Shown piece after piece: positions 57,176 through 64,000 of a DNA stretch of 64,000 nucleotides (positions are counted from its first letter, which is position 1; each line of letters opens with the position of its first letter). The notes under the pieces were generated by a model that saw only the letters and a list, made by a program, of their open reading frames with translations, was not told the DNA's origin and did no database searches. Location: NCBI GenBank assembly GCA_035656735.1, contig DASRRY010000047.1, positions 9,500 to 73,499 on the forward strand, given 5' to 3'. A program made the position numbers and the translations under genes. This DNA is from Usitatibacter sp. Its GTDB lineage: Bacteria; Pseudomonadota; Gammaproteobacteria; Burkholderiales; Usitatibacteraceae.

Positions 57176-58560
57176 CGCGGGGGCGACGGCGCGGCCGCCA
57201 TGCGCGCGAGCAGCGCCTGGGCCTCCTCGAGCGCGCGATCGCGCCCCAGGCGCAGGTCGGCGAGGGAGAGCGGCACGGGGTCGTCCGGAATCACGCCCTC
57301 GCCCTCGACCTTGTGGCCGTTCGCGAGCACGAAGCCCACCTCGCTGTACGCGAGATCGGCGCCGCCGGGGATGCGCGCGTAGCCGAGGAAGCCCAGCAGG
57401 CAGCCGCAGCTGGGCTCGCCCACCACCTTCGCGCGGCCGACCGCCTGCATGGAGCCCGCGAAGAGCTCGCTGCCGCTGGCGCTCTGGCCATTGACCAGGA
57501 TCACCACGGGGCCGCGATACGCGTTGGGGTCGCCCTCGACCACGCGCTTCAACTGGATGATCTCGAGCGCGCCGAGGAAGAGCGCCACGGGCGCCCCGGT
57601 GCGCGTGGTCGCATGGCCCAGCTCGGTGCGCTGCGTGAAGAAGCGCGAGAGCAGCAGGTTCACGGCGTGCACGGCGCCGCCGGGGTTGCCGCGCAGGTCG
57701 ATGATGAGCCCCGGCGCATTGTGCAGGTCGTCGAGGGCACCGAGCGCGCGCGCGGCGAGCGTGAGGCTCCAGCGCGAGAAGCGCAGGTAGCCGTAGCCGG
57801 AAGGAAGCACGCGGTGGCTCTCGGTCGCATGGAGCGCGAGCTTGCGCCGCGCGAGCAGCGCTTCGAAGCGCGTGCCGTCGGCGCGCTGGAAGGTGAACGC
57901 GACCTTCGTGCCGATGGCGCCGTAGACCAGCTTGCGCAGCGCCTGCATCTGCGTCGCACGGTCGGTCGAATCGTGGCGCACCTCGGCGCGCAGCCTGTCG
58001 TACACCGTCCAGGCCGGCTGCCCGTCGATGGCGACGATCGTCATGCCCGGCCGCACGCCCGCCCACCACGCGTCCGCCTCGGGATTCACCGCGGTCACGG
58101 CGAGCGCGCCCTCCACCGGCTGGAACGCGAGCCCGAGGCTCACCGATTCGTCGCTCTTGCGCAGGGCCACGCGTTTCGGCGACTCGACCCGCGTGTGCGC
58201 GTCGCGCAGCTCGCCCGTCATGCGGTCGAGCACGTCCCAGAACGCATCGTCGTCGGGCGCGGCGAGCGCGAGGGGCCGATAGCGCTCGCCCACGGCGCGC
58301 CAGTCCACGCCGTTGAAGTTCGGGTCGTGGTAGCGCGTGTCGATGGTGTGCCACACGAAATCGAAGGCGCGCAGGCGCTCTTCCGTGCCGAGGCGGCCCG
58401 ACGCCACGGGCGGCACCGGCGTGGCCGCCATGGCCGGCGGCTCCTCCGACTGGCGCCCGAGCATGTTCATCGGGTCGATGAGCGCGCACGAGCTGGTCAT
58501 CGCCGCGCCGGCCACGGCCATGGCGGCGAGCCAGCGCCGCCCGCGATGTCGACTCTTCAT
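57172..58560 (-). CDS. S41-family (C-terminal processing peptidase-like) lipoprotein
   Basis: Lipobox MTSSC. LIIDLRGNPGG and VILVNGQSASGSELFAG (Ser motif). Confidence 0.85.
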   Translation of the reverse strand: MKSRHRGRRWLAAMAVAGAAMTSSCALIDPMNMLGRQSEEPPAMAATPVPPVASGRLGTEERLRAFDFVWHTIDTRYHDPNFNGVDWRAVGERYRPLALAAPDDDAFWDVLDRMTGELRDAHTRVESPKRVALRKSDESVSLGLAFQPVEGALAVTAVNPEADAWWAGVRPGMTIVAIDGQPAWTVYDRLRAEVRHDSTDRATQMQALRKLVYGAIGTKVAFTFQRADGTRFEALLARRKLALHATESHRVLPSGYGYLRFSRWSLTLAARALGALDDLHNAPGLIIDLRGNPGGAVHAVNLLLSRFFTQRTELGHATTRTGAPVALFLGALEIIQLKRVVEGDPNAYRGPVVILVNGQSASGSELFAGSMQAVGRAKVVGEPSCGCLLGFLGYARIPGGADLAYSEVGFVLANGHKVEGEGVIPDDPVPLSLADLRLGRDRALEEAQALLARMAAAPSPPR

Positions 58561-58573
58561 GGGAAAGTCGATT

Positions 58574-59230
58574 CTAGCCCGTGGGACAGGTCACCGCGCG
58601 CAGGTGCGCGCCGGGAAAATCGCGCTGCAGGATGGTGAGGCGCGCGACCGTCTCGGTGTCGGGATCCCGCACCAGCATCACGATGTCCCGCGTCTCGCGC
58701 GCGAAGGGGCCCGCCTCCGCGCCCTGCACGCCCTTGGCCTGCAGCTGCCGGAGGTAGCGCTGGGCGCCCTCGTCGGTCGAGAAGACGCCGAGCGAGATGG
58801 CATTGTCGGGGCGGATGGAGGCGTCGTTCGCGCCCTGGCGCCGGACCTGGGCGACGGCCTGCTCGGCGCTGCGGCGATCGCGCGCGGCGGGGATGAACAC
58901 CCAGAACCGGGTCACGTCCTCCACCCGGCGCTCGGTGAAGCGGTCGCCCAGGCGCAGGGCCGCGAAGGCCTCGCGCGCGCGCGGCAGGTCCGAGGGCGGG
59001 AACCCGGCAAACTCGACGCAGGCGGCGCCGGCGAGCGACTGCACGGCCCGGCGCGTCTCCTGCGCGCTGCGCGCGGCGGCGTCGGGCGGCGTGACCGCCA
59101 CGATGCGCACATCGGCCGCGTTGCGCTCGCGGCCCGAGAAGTCCGGCGGGCCCGGCGGCATCGTGAGGACGATCTGCACGCCGAAGGCGATGACGCCTAC
59201 CAGCAGCACGAAGAAGAGGAAGCGCGCCAT
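58574..59230 (-). CDS. SPOR-like domain membrane protein
   Basis: An N-terminal TM (MARFLFFVLLVGVIAFGVQIVL) and C-terminal SPOR-like repeats (RFWVFIPAARDRRSAEQAVAQVRRQG...ISLGVFSTDEGAQRYLRQLQAKG). One bp downstream of coaX. Confidence 0.7.
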   Translation of the reverse strand: MARFLFFVLLVGVIAFGVQIVLTMPPGPPDFSGRERNAADVRIVAVTPPDAAARSAQETRRAVQSLAGAACVEFAGFPPSDLPRAREAFAALRLGDRFTERRVEDVTRFWVFIPAARDRRSAEQAVAQVRRQGANDASIRPDNAISLGVFSTDEGAQRYLRQLQAKGVQGAEAGPFARETRDIVMLVRDPDTETVARLTILQRDFPGAHLRAVTCPTG

Positions 59231-59231
59231 G

Positions 59232-59963
59232 TCAGCCGTGCCGGTCGAGCTCGACCAGCCCGTCGAGGACCAGGTTGTCGCGGATCGCATGGGGCAGCGC
59301 CAGGCGCGCGGAGATCTCGCGCGCCGCGCCGCCCGAGAGCAGCACGTGCGGCCGCGCGCCCTCGCGCCGCGCGAGCCGCTCCACCATGCCCGCGATGGCG
59401 CCCACGCACGCCTGGATCGCGCCGCTCGTGATCGCATCGGGCGTGCTCGCCGGATAGTCCGCGTCGCGGCCCTCGGTCTCGCGCAGCCGTGCCGTGGCCG
59501 ATTCGAGCGCGCGGCGCATGAGGGCGGGCCCCGGCACGATGAGGCCGCCGAGGAACTCGCCCGCGGCGGAAAGCGCATCGACCGTGAGCGCCGTGCCGGC
59601 CGTGGCCACGACCTGCGGTCCCGCGCCGCTCGCGCGCGCCGCGACCAGCGCGGCCCAGCGATCGGGCCCGAGCTGCCCCGCGTCCCGGTAGCCGTTCACG
59701 ACGCCCGCCTCGCGCGCCTGCGGCTGGACCCGGCGAAGCCGCGCTCCGAGCGCCTCGGCCACGCGCGCGAGCTCCTGGTCCACGGCCTCGCCCGCGACGT
59801 TGCTCGCGATCGCGCGCGCGACGCCGCCATGGGCGGCGAGGACGCTCGCCAGGCCGTGCGGCTCGCGCGTCGCGACGGAGCCCGTCGCGCACCACGCGGC
59901 GCCGTCGTGAATGCCCCACTTGATGCGGGTATTGCCGGCATCGATCGCGAGGAGCCGGCTCAT
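59232..59963 (-). CDS. coaX: Type III pantothenate kinase
   Basis: LLAIDAGNTRIKWG, NGYRDAGQLGPDRW, TAGTALTVD and PDAITSGA motifs. The start overlaps the birA stop. Confidence 0.9.
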   Translation of the reverse strand: MSRLLAIDAGNTRIKWGIHDGAAWCATGSVATREPHGLASVLAAHGGVARAIASNVAGEAVDQELARVAEALGARLRRVQPQAREAGVVNGYRDAGQLGPDRWAALVAARASGAGPQVVATAGTALTVDALSAAGEFLGGLIVPGPALMRRALESATARLRETEGRDADYPASTPDAITSGAIQACVGAIAGMVERLARREGARPHVLLSGGAAREISARLALPHAIRDNLVLDGLVELDRHG

Positions 59964-60934
59964 CGCGCGCGCAGCGAGATCTCGGCCGAGGCGAGCGCGA
60001 CCGTGCGCCCGCCGGCCGCGACGAGCAGGGCGCCGTCGGGCGCGACGTCGGTCACTTCCGCGTCGAACGGCGCCTCGCCGGCCGCCATCACGCGCACGGA
60101 ACGGCCGTGGTACGCGTGCAGGGCACGCCAGCGGTCGCGAAAGGGGGAGAAGCCGCCGCGCTCGAACTGCGCCAGCGTGGCTTCCAGCTTCCCGAGCAGC
60201 GCCGCGAGGAGCTCGGTGCGGCCCGGAACGGGCGTGGCGCATCCCGCGACGTCCACCACGGGCTGGTCGATGCGATCGAGCACGCGCTCGCCGAGCCGGT
60301 AGTTCACGCCGATGCCGATCACCGCGACGCTGGGTCCCTGCAGGTCGCCGCTGGTCTCGACCAGGATGCCGGCGATCTTGCGCCAGTCCACCACGACATC
60401 GTTGGGCCACTTCACCTGCACGCGCGCGACGCCGCAGGCTTCGAGCGCGTCGGCGACGGCCACGCCCGTCGCGAGCGAGAGGCCGCCGAGATGTCCCGCG
60501 CCGCGCTCGAAGCGCCACAGCAGCGAGAAGGTGAGGCTGCCGCCGAGCGACGACACCCACGAGCGCCCGCGCCGCCCGCGGCCCGCGCTCTGCCATTCCG
60601 CGGCGAGGCAAGCGCCGGAGGGCGCGCCGCCCAGGGCGCGCATCATCAGCTGCGAGCTGGTGGAGTCGATCTCGTCCACGACCTCGAGCGAGATGCGCGA
60701 GCCCGCGCGCGCGAGGCGTTCCCGCAACGCGGGCGCATCGATGAACTCGAGCGGTTGTGCGAGGCGGTAGCCGCGCCCCGGCACGCTGAAGATCTCGACG
60801 CCCAGGCCGGGCGCGCATTTCAACGCCTCGGAAAGCGTCGCGCGCGAGCGGCCGAGGCTGCGCGCGACGGTCTCGCCGGAGTGGAAGCGCCCGTCGGCCA
60901 GCCAGCGCAGCGCCGCGAAGGTGAGGGCGCTCAT
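59960..60934 (-). CDS. birA: Bifunctional biotin--[acetyl-CoA-carboxylase] ligase / biotin operon repressor
   Basis: An N-terminal HTH (HSGETVARSLGRSRATLSEALK...VPGRGYRL), the ligase motif GRGRRGRSW, and KWPNDV. ATG 60934 overlaps the stop of the upstream gene. Confidence 0.9.
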   Translation of the reverse strand: MSALTFAALRWLADGRFHSGETVARSLGRSRATLSEALKCAPGLGVEIFSVPGRGYRLAQPLEFIDAPALRERLARAGSRISLEVVDEIDSTSSQLMMRALGGAPSGACLAAEWQSAGRGRRGRSWVSSLGGSLTFSLLWRFERGAGHLGGLSLATGVAVADALEACGVARVQVKWPNDVVVDWRKIAGILVETSGDLQGPSVAVIGIGVNYRLGERVLDRIDQPVVDVAGCATPVPGRTELLAALLGKLEATLAQFERGGFSPFRDRWRALHAYHGRSVRVMAAGEAPFDAEVTDVAPDGALLVAAGGRTVALASAEISLRAR

Positions 60935-61806
60935 CGGGTCGCGCGCAGCTCCTCGCGGCACTCGTAGGCCTCGCGCCGGTAGGCCACGTCGGCGATGATC
61001 GCGTCGAGCAGCAGCTGCACCCGCTTCGTGAGCTTGCTCGAGGCGCGATAGTCGGCCTCGGAGACGAAGTCCACGCGTTCCGCGTCGAGCAGCTTCAGGC
61101 AGGTCGCGCGCCCGCGCTCCTCGGCGGGGTTGTACACGGCGATCGCGTGGCCGCCGTTCTTCTTGGTGATGGCCATCGACGGCACGTCGGTCATGCCGTC
61201 CCCGATGTAGATCAGGTTCTGGAACGGGATCGGCCGCTTGGCCTCGTCCATGTGCTCGTTGATCGACTCGGTCACCGCCTCGATGCCCTTGTTGATGCGG
61301 AAGAGGAACTGCGTCTTCTGCGTGTCCGTGACCAGGATCTTCGGAAACGTGGCGACCCCGTGGTGGTTGAAGTGGTACTCGGAGGCGTAGATGCGCTTGA
61401 AGTGGCGGCGGATCGAGGCGCCCTCGAGGATCTCCTTCTGGCCGGCGGAGATGAGGTAGTGCTGCAGCTTCACCTGGCCGCGCGAGCGCTTGCGCACATA
61501 GGCATTGACGCGCCCGAACCAGGTCGCCACGCCGGGGAAGTACTCGATCGCGCGCGCCATCGCCGCGAAGTCCCCGCGCTTCACGTCCACCTGCTGGCGC
61601 TCGAGCGCCTCGATGATGTGGCGCATGTACACGAGCATCGGGTCCGACTCGCTCTCGCGCGCCTCGCGGTTCACCTTCTCCCAGAAACGCGCGGGCTCGA
61701 CGCCGATCTTCGGCAGCACGGTGTACTCCTGCATGGGCTGCGGAGACAGCGTGCCGTCGAAGTCATAGACGAGCGCAATCGTGTTCTGGAAGAAACTATT
61801 TCGCAC
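60931..61806 (-). CDS. HAD-superfamily hydrolase-like protein
   Basis: Motif I YDFDGTL and motif IV IGDGMTDVP. There is no in-frame ATG near the N-terminus, so GTG 61806 was chosen (TTG 61812 is an alternative). Confidence 0.7.
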   Translation of the reverse strand: MRNSFFQNTIALVYDFDGTLSPQPMQEYTVLPKIGVEPARFWEKVNREARESESDPMLVYMRHIIEALERQQVDVKRGDFAAMARAIEYFPGVATWFGRVNAYVRKRSRGQVKLQHYLISAGQKEILEGASIRRHFKRIYASEYHFNHHGVATFPKILVTDTQKTQFLFRINKGIEAVTESINEHMDEAKRPIPFQNLIYIGDGMTDVPSMAITKKNGGHAIAVYNPAEERGRATCLKLLDAERVDFVSEADYRASSKLTKRVQLLLDAIIADVAYRREAYECREELRATR

Positions 61807-61848
61807 GTACAATGCCGAAAACGGGTTGCGACATTCTACTTGGAGATC

Positions 61849-63096
61849 ATGCAGTTGGGCTTCCTCCCGAGCTTCCCGTTGACCTTCAGCTATCCGCTGC
61901 TCTTCGGCGCGTTGCTGGTCGCGGGAATGGTCGGCGGGGAAGTGGCGCGCACATTCAGGCTGCCGCGCATCCTGGGCTACGGCATCGTGGGCTTCCTCTG
62001 CGCGCCTTTCGCCCAGGCCCTGGGCCTCGACCTGCTCATCGACGAGGCGCGCATCTTCGTGAACCTCGCGCTCGGCCTCGTGCTCTTCGACCTCGGGCGC
62101 CGCTTCGACCTGCAATGGATGAAGCGCGACTGGACGCTCGCCGCGAGCGCCGTCGCCGAGAGCATCCTGTCGTTCGCCGCGGTGTTCGCGACGCTGCTCG
62201 CGTTCCGCGTGCCGATGGTGAACGCCGGGCTCGCCGCGGCGATCGCGATGACGACCTCGCCCGCGGTGCTGCTCTTCACCGTCCACGAGACGCGCGCCGA
62301 GGGCCAGGTGACCGAGCGCGCGATGAGCATCGTCGCGATGAATGGCCTGCTCGCCTCGATCATCACCACGATGATGGTGGCGTCGTCGCACCTGGCGGAA
62401 AGCAACCACGTGGAGGTCGCGCTGCTGCATCCCCTGTACCTCTTCTTCGGCGCGCTGGCGGTGGGATTCGCGATGGCGTGGCTCACGCGCGTCGTCGCAC
62501 GCAACATCGAGAAGTCGAAGGACGTGCACTTCACGCTCATCGTCGGCATGGTCGTGGGCGCCGTGGGCCTCGCCACGATGCTCAAGCTGCCGGTGATCCT
62601 GACGCTCCTCGCCTTCGGCATCTTCTCGCGCAACGACGACCGCGGGTACGAGCTGCTCAACGTGAACCTGGCCCCGCTCGGACGCCTGCTCTACATCGTG
62701 CTCTTCGTGATCACCGGCGCCAGCGTCCCGTTCGAGTCCCTTGCCGTCGCCGGGGCGCTCGCGCTCCTTTTCCTCGGCGCGCGGGGCTGCGGCAAGCTCG
62801 TGGGCGTGCTCGCGGTCGCACCCCTCGGGGGGCTGCGCATGCGCCAATGCCTCGGGCTCGCGCTGGCGCTGCAGCCGATGTCCGCGCTGACCCTGCTCAT
62901 GGCCCACGACATCGGCAACATCTTTCCGCAGTTCGGGCAGCAGCTGGGCGATGTCTTCATCGCCGCGGTCATCGTGATGGAGCTGGCCGGCCCGCTGCTC
63001 GTGCAGGCGGGACTGCGGCTCGCCGGCGAGACGGTTCCCGACGACGCCGGGTCGACGACGCTCGGCCCGCGGACGGCCCGCATCCGCGGCGCCTGA
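61849..63096 (+). CDS. Cation:proton antiporter (CPA family, no KTN domain)
   Basis: SD TGGAGA. About 12 hydrophobic helices. GEVARTFRLPRILGYGIVG and AMTTSPAVL motifs typical of Kef/NhaP-type exchangers. Confidence 0.85.
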   Translation: MQLGFLPSFPLTFSYPLLFGALLVAGMVGGEVARTFRLPRILGYGIVGFLCAPFAQALGLDLLIDEARIFVNLALGLVLFDLGRRFDLQWMKRDWTLAASAVAESILSFAAVFATLLAFRVPMVNAGLAAAIAMTTSPAVLLFTVHETRAEGQVTERAMSIVAMNGLLASIITTMMVASSHLAESNHVEVALLHPLYLFFGALAVGFAMAWLTRVVARNIEKSKDVHFTLIVGMVVGAVGLATMLKLPVILTLLAFGIFSRNDDRGYELLNVNLAPLGRLLYIVLFVITGASVPFESLAVAGALALLFLGARGCGKLVGVLAVAPLGGLRMRQCLGLALALQPMSALTLLMAHDIGNIFPQFGQQLGDVFIAAVIVMELAGPLLVQAGLRLAGETVPDDAGSTTLGPRTARIRGA

Positions 63097-63098
63097 CC

Positions 63099-64000
63099 AT
63101 GCCGCTCGACTTCCGCGTCTCCGAGCCGCTCACGTTCGGGGTCGAGCTGGAGATCATGGTGCTCAACACGCGCGACTACGACCTCGCGCGCGGCGCGGCG
63201 GACCTGCTGGCGCGCCTCCAGAAGGCGAAGCTTCCCGGGGAGGTGAAGCCCGAGATCACCGAGAGCATGATCGAGATCAACTCGGCGGTGAACCGGGATT
63301 ACGAGACGCTGCTCGCGCAGCTGCGCGAGGTGCGCGACGGCATCGTGCACGCCGCCGACCGGCTCAACCTCGCCGTCTCCGGCGGCGGCGCGCACCCGTA
63401 CCACCGCTGGACCGAGCGGCGCATCTTCCCGACCGAGCGCTTCCTCAAGGTCTCGAACCTGTACGGCTACCTGGCGAAGCAGTTCACCGTCTTCGGCCAG
63501 CACATCCACATCGGCGTGGCATCCCCGGACGACGCGGTGTACCTCACGCACGCGCTGGCCCCCTACATTCCGCACTTCATCGCGCTCTCGGCATCCTCGC
63601 CCTTCGCCCAGGGCCAGGACACCTCGTTCGAGACGTCAAGGCTGCACGCCGTCTCGGCGTTTCCGCTCGCCGGGCAGATGCCGCCCGTCCTCACGTGGAG
63701 CGAGTTCAGCCGCTACTTCGACGAGATGCAGGGCTACGGCATCGTCGACAGCATGAAGGACTTCTACTGGGACATCCGGCCGAAGCCCGAGTACGGCACG
63801 ATCGAGATCCGCATCTGCGACACGCCGCTCACCGTGGAGGTCGCCGCGCAGCTCGCGGCGTACGCGCAGACGCTGGCCGCGGACCTGCTCGAGAACCGCA
63901 GGCACGACCCCGTCGAGCCGCTCTACCGGGTGTACGGCTACAACCGCTTCCAGGCGTGCCGCTTCGGCTACGAGGCCGCGCTCGTGGACCCGTGGGCGCG
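63099..64000 (+). CDS. ybdK: YbdK-type carboxylate-amine ligase (glutamate--cysteine ligase family 2), 3' end outside window
   Basis: Not in the track because there is no stop in the window. MPLDFRVSEPLTFGVELEIMVLN, EITESMIEINS, GGGAHPY, FGQHIHIGV, SSPF and DIRPKPEYGTIEIRICD. Confidence 0.85.
   Translation, partial: MPLDFRVSEPLTFGVELEIMVLNTRDYDLARGAADLLARLQKAKLPGEVKPEITESMIEINSAVNRDYETLLAQLREVRDGIVHAADRLNLAVSGGGAHPYHRWTERRIFPTERFLKVSNLYGYLAKQFTVFGQHIHIGVASPDDAVYLTHALAPYIPHFIALSASSPFAQGQDTSFETSRLHAVSAFPLAGQMPPVLTWSEFSRYFDEMQGYGIVDSMKDFYWDIRPKPEYGTIEIRICDTPLTVEVAAQLAAYAQTLAADLLENRRHDPVEPLYRVYGYNRFQACRFGYEAALVDPWA

Noticed and set aside
54870-57382. ORFs 54870..57002 (-) of 710 aa and 54923..57382 (+) of 819 aa
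   Set aside because: They overlap the J-like protein and MFS genes in other frames, are Arg/Gly/Asp-rich, and show no motif.
61807-61848. 42-bp lower-GC spacer between the divergent HAD-like and antiporter genes, considered as a special element
   Set aside because: It is simply a compact divergent promoter region. I saw no repeat or palindrome. The short length partly reflects the uncertain non-ATG start of the HAD-like gene.

Overview
This is a GC-rich, gene-dense chromosomal segment with about 60 protein-coding genes. I could not recognise any rRNA, tRNA, CRISPR array, transposase, integrase or phage gene, so it reads as core chromosome rather than a mobile island. G/C at almost every third codon position creates many long shadow ORFs in the six-frame track. 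I picked real genes by family motifs, non-Arg/Gly-biased composition, Shine-Dalgarno (SD) sequences and start/stop coupling, and trimmed starts accordingly. Two Bug/TctC-type binding proteins and the overall gene content suggest a betaproteobacterium of the Burkholderiales type (inference only). Content in order: a pseudo-cyclase/PEGA membrane protein coupled to a tail-anchored Ser/Thr kinase; a secreted beta-propeller; an exported fumarate-lyase-family protein plus an enolase-superfamily enzyme; an ABC ATPase plus a permease::M1-metallopeptidase fusion; an NAD(P)H oxidoreductase; Tex; a secreted repeat protein; a nine-gene operon mixing an Sdh/Frd-like four-subunit complex, a TtdAB/class-I-fumarase-type Fe-S hydro-lyase, two Bug proteins and a ThDP enzyme; a CHRD lipoprotein, GlcG and an aldo/keto reductase; kdpDE divergent from (micro-ORF)-kdpFABC, followed by kup; a ceramidase-like membrane protein; Crp-like and AraC regulators; a REC-adenylate cyclase with a coupled small protein, divergent from a ~1500-aa multi-PAS/GAF hybrid kinase; glnS; a secreted Ig-like/tandem-domain protein, a Spy/CpxP-like protein and Amt; a ComEA-like protein and DedA; an OmpR/HK pair; a J-like/trypsin-like pseudoenzyme, an MFS transporter, an S41 peptidase, a SPOR protein, coaX, birA and a HAD hydrolase; a CPA antiporter; and ybdK (3' truncated). 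The best candidates for undescribed biology are: (1) the 16.6-24.8 kb split Sdh/Frd + hydro-lyase + ThDP + Bug operon, whose flavoprotein has Cys at the covalent-FAD His position; (2) the ABC permease::M1 peptidase fusion lacking GAMEN; (3) the sensor-less kinase coupled to a pseudo-cyclase/PEGA protein; (4) the hybrid-kinase / REC-cyclase / small Cys protein / Crp-like cluster; (5) the doubly degenerate J-like/trypsin-like membrane protein. All functional assignments come from motif recognition by eye; no database search was run.
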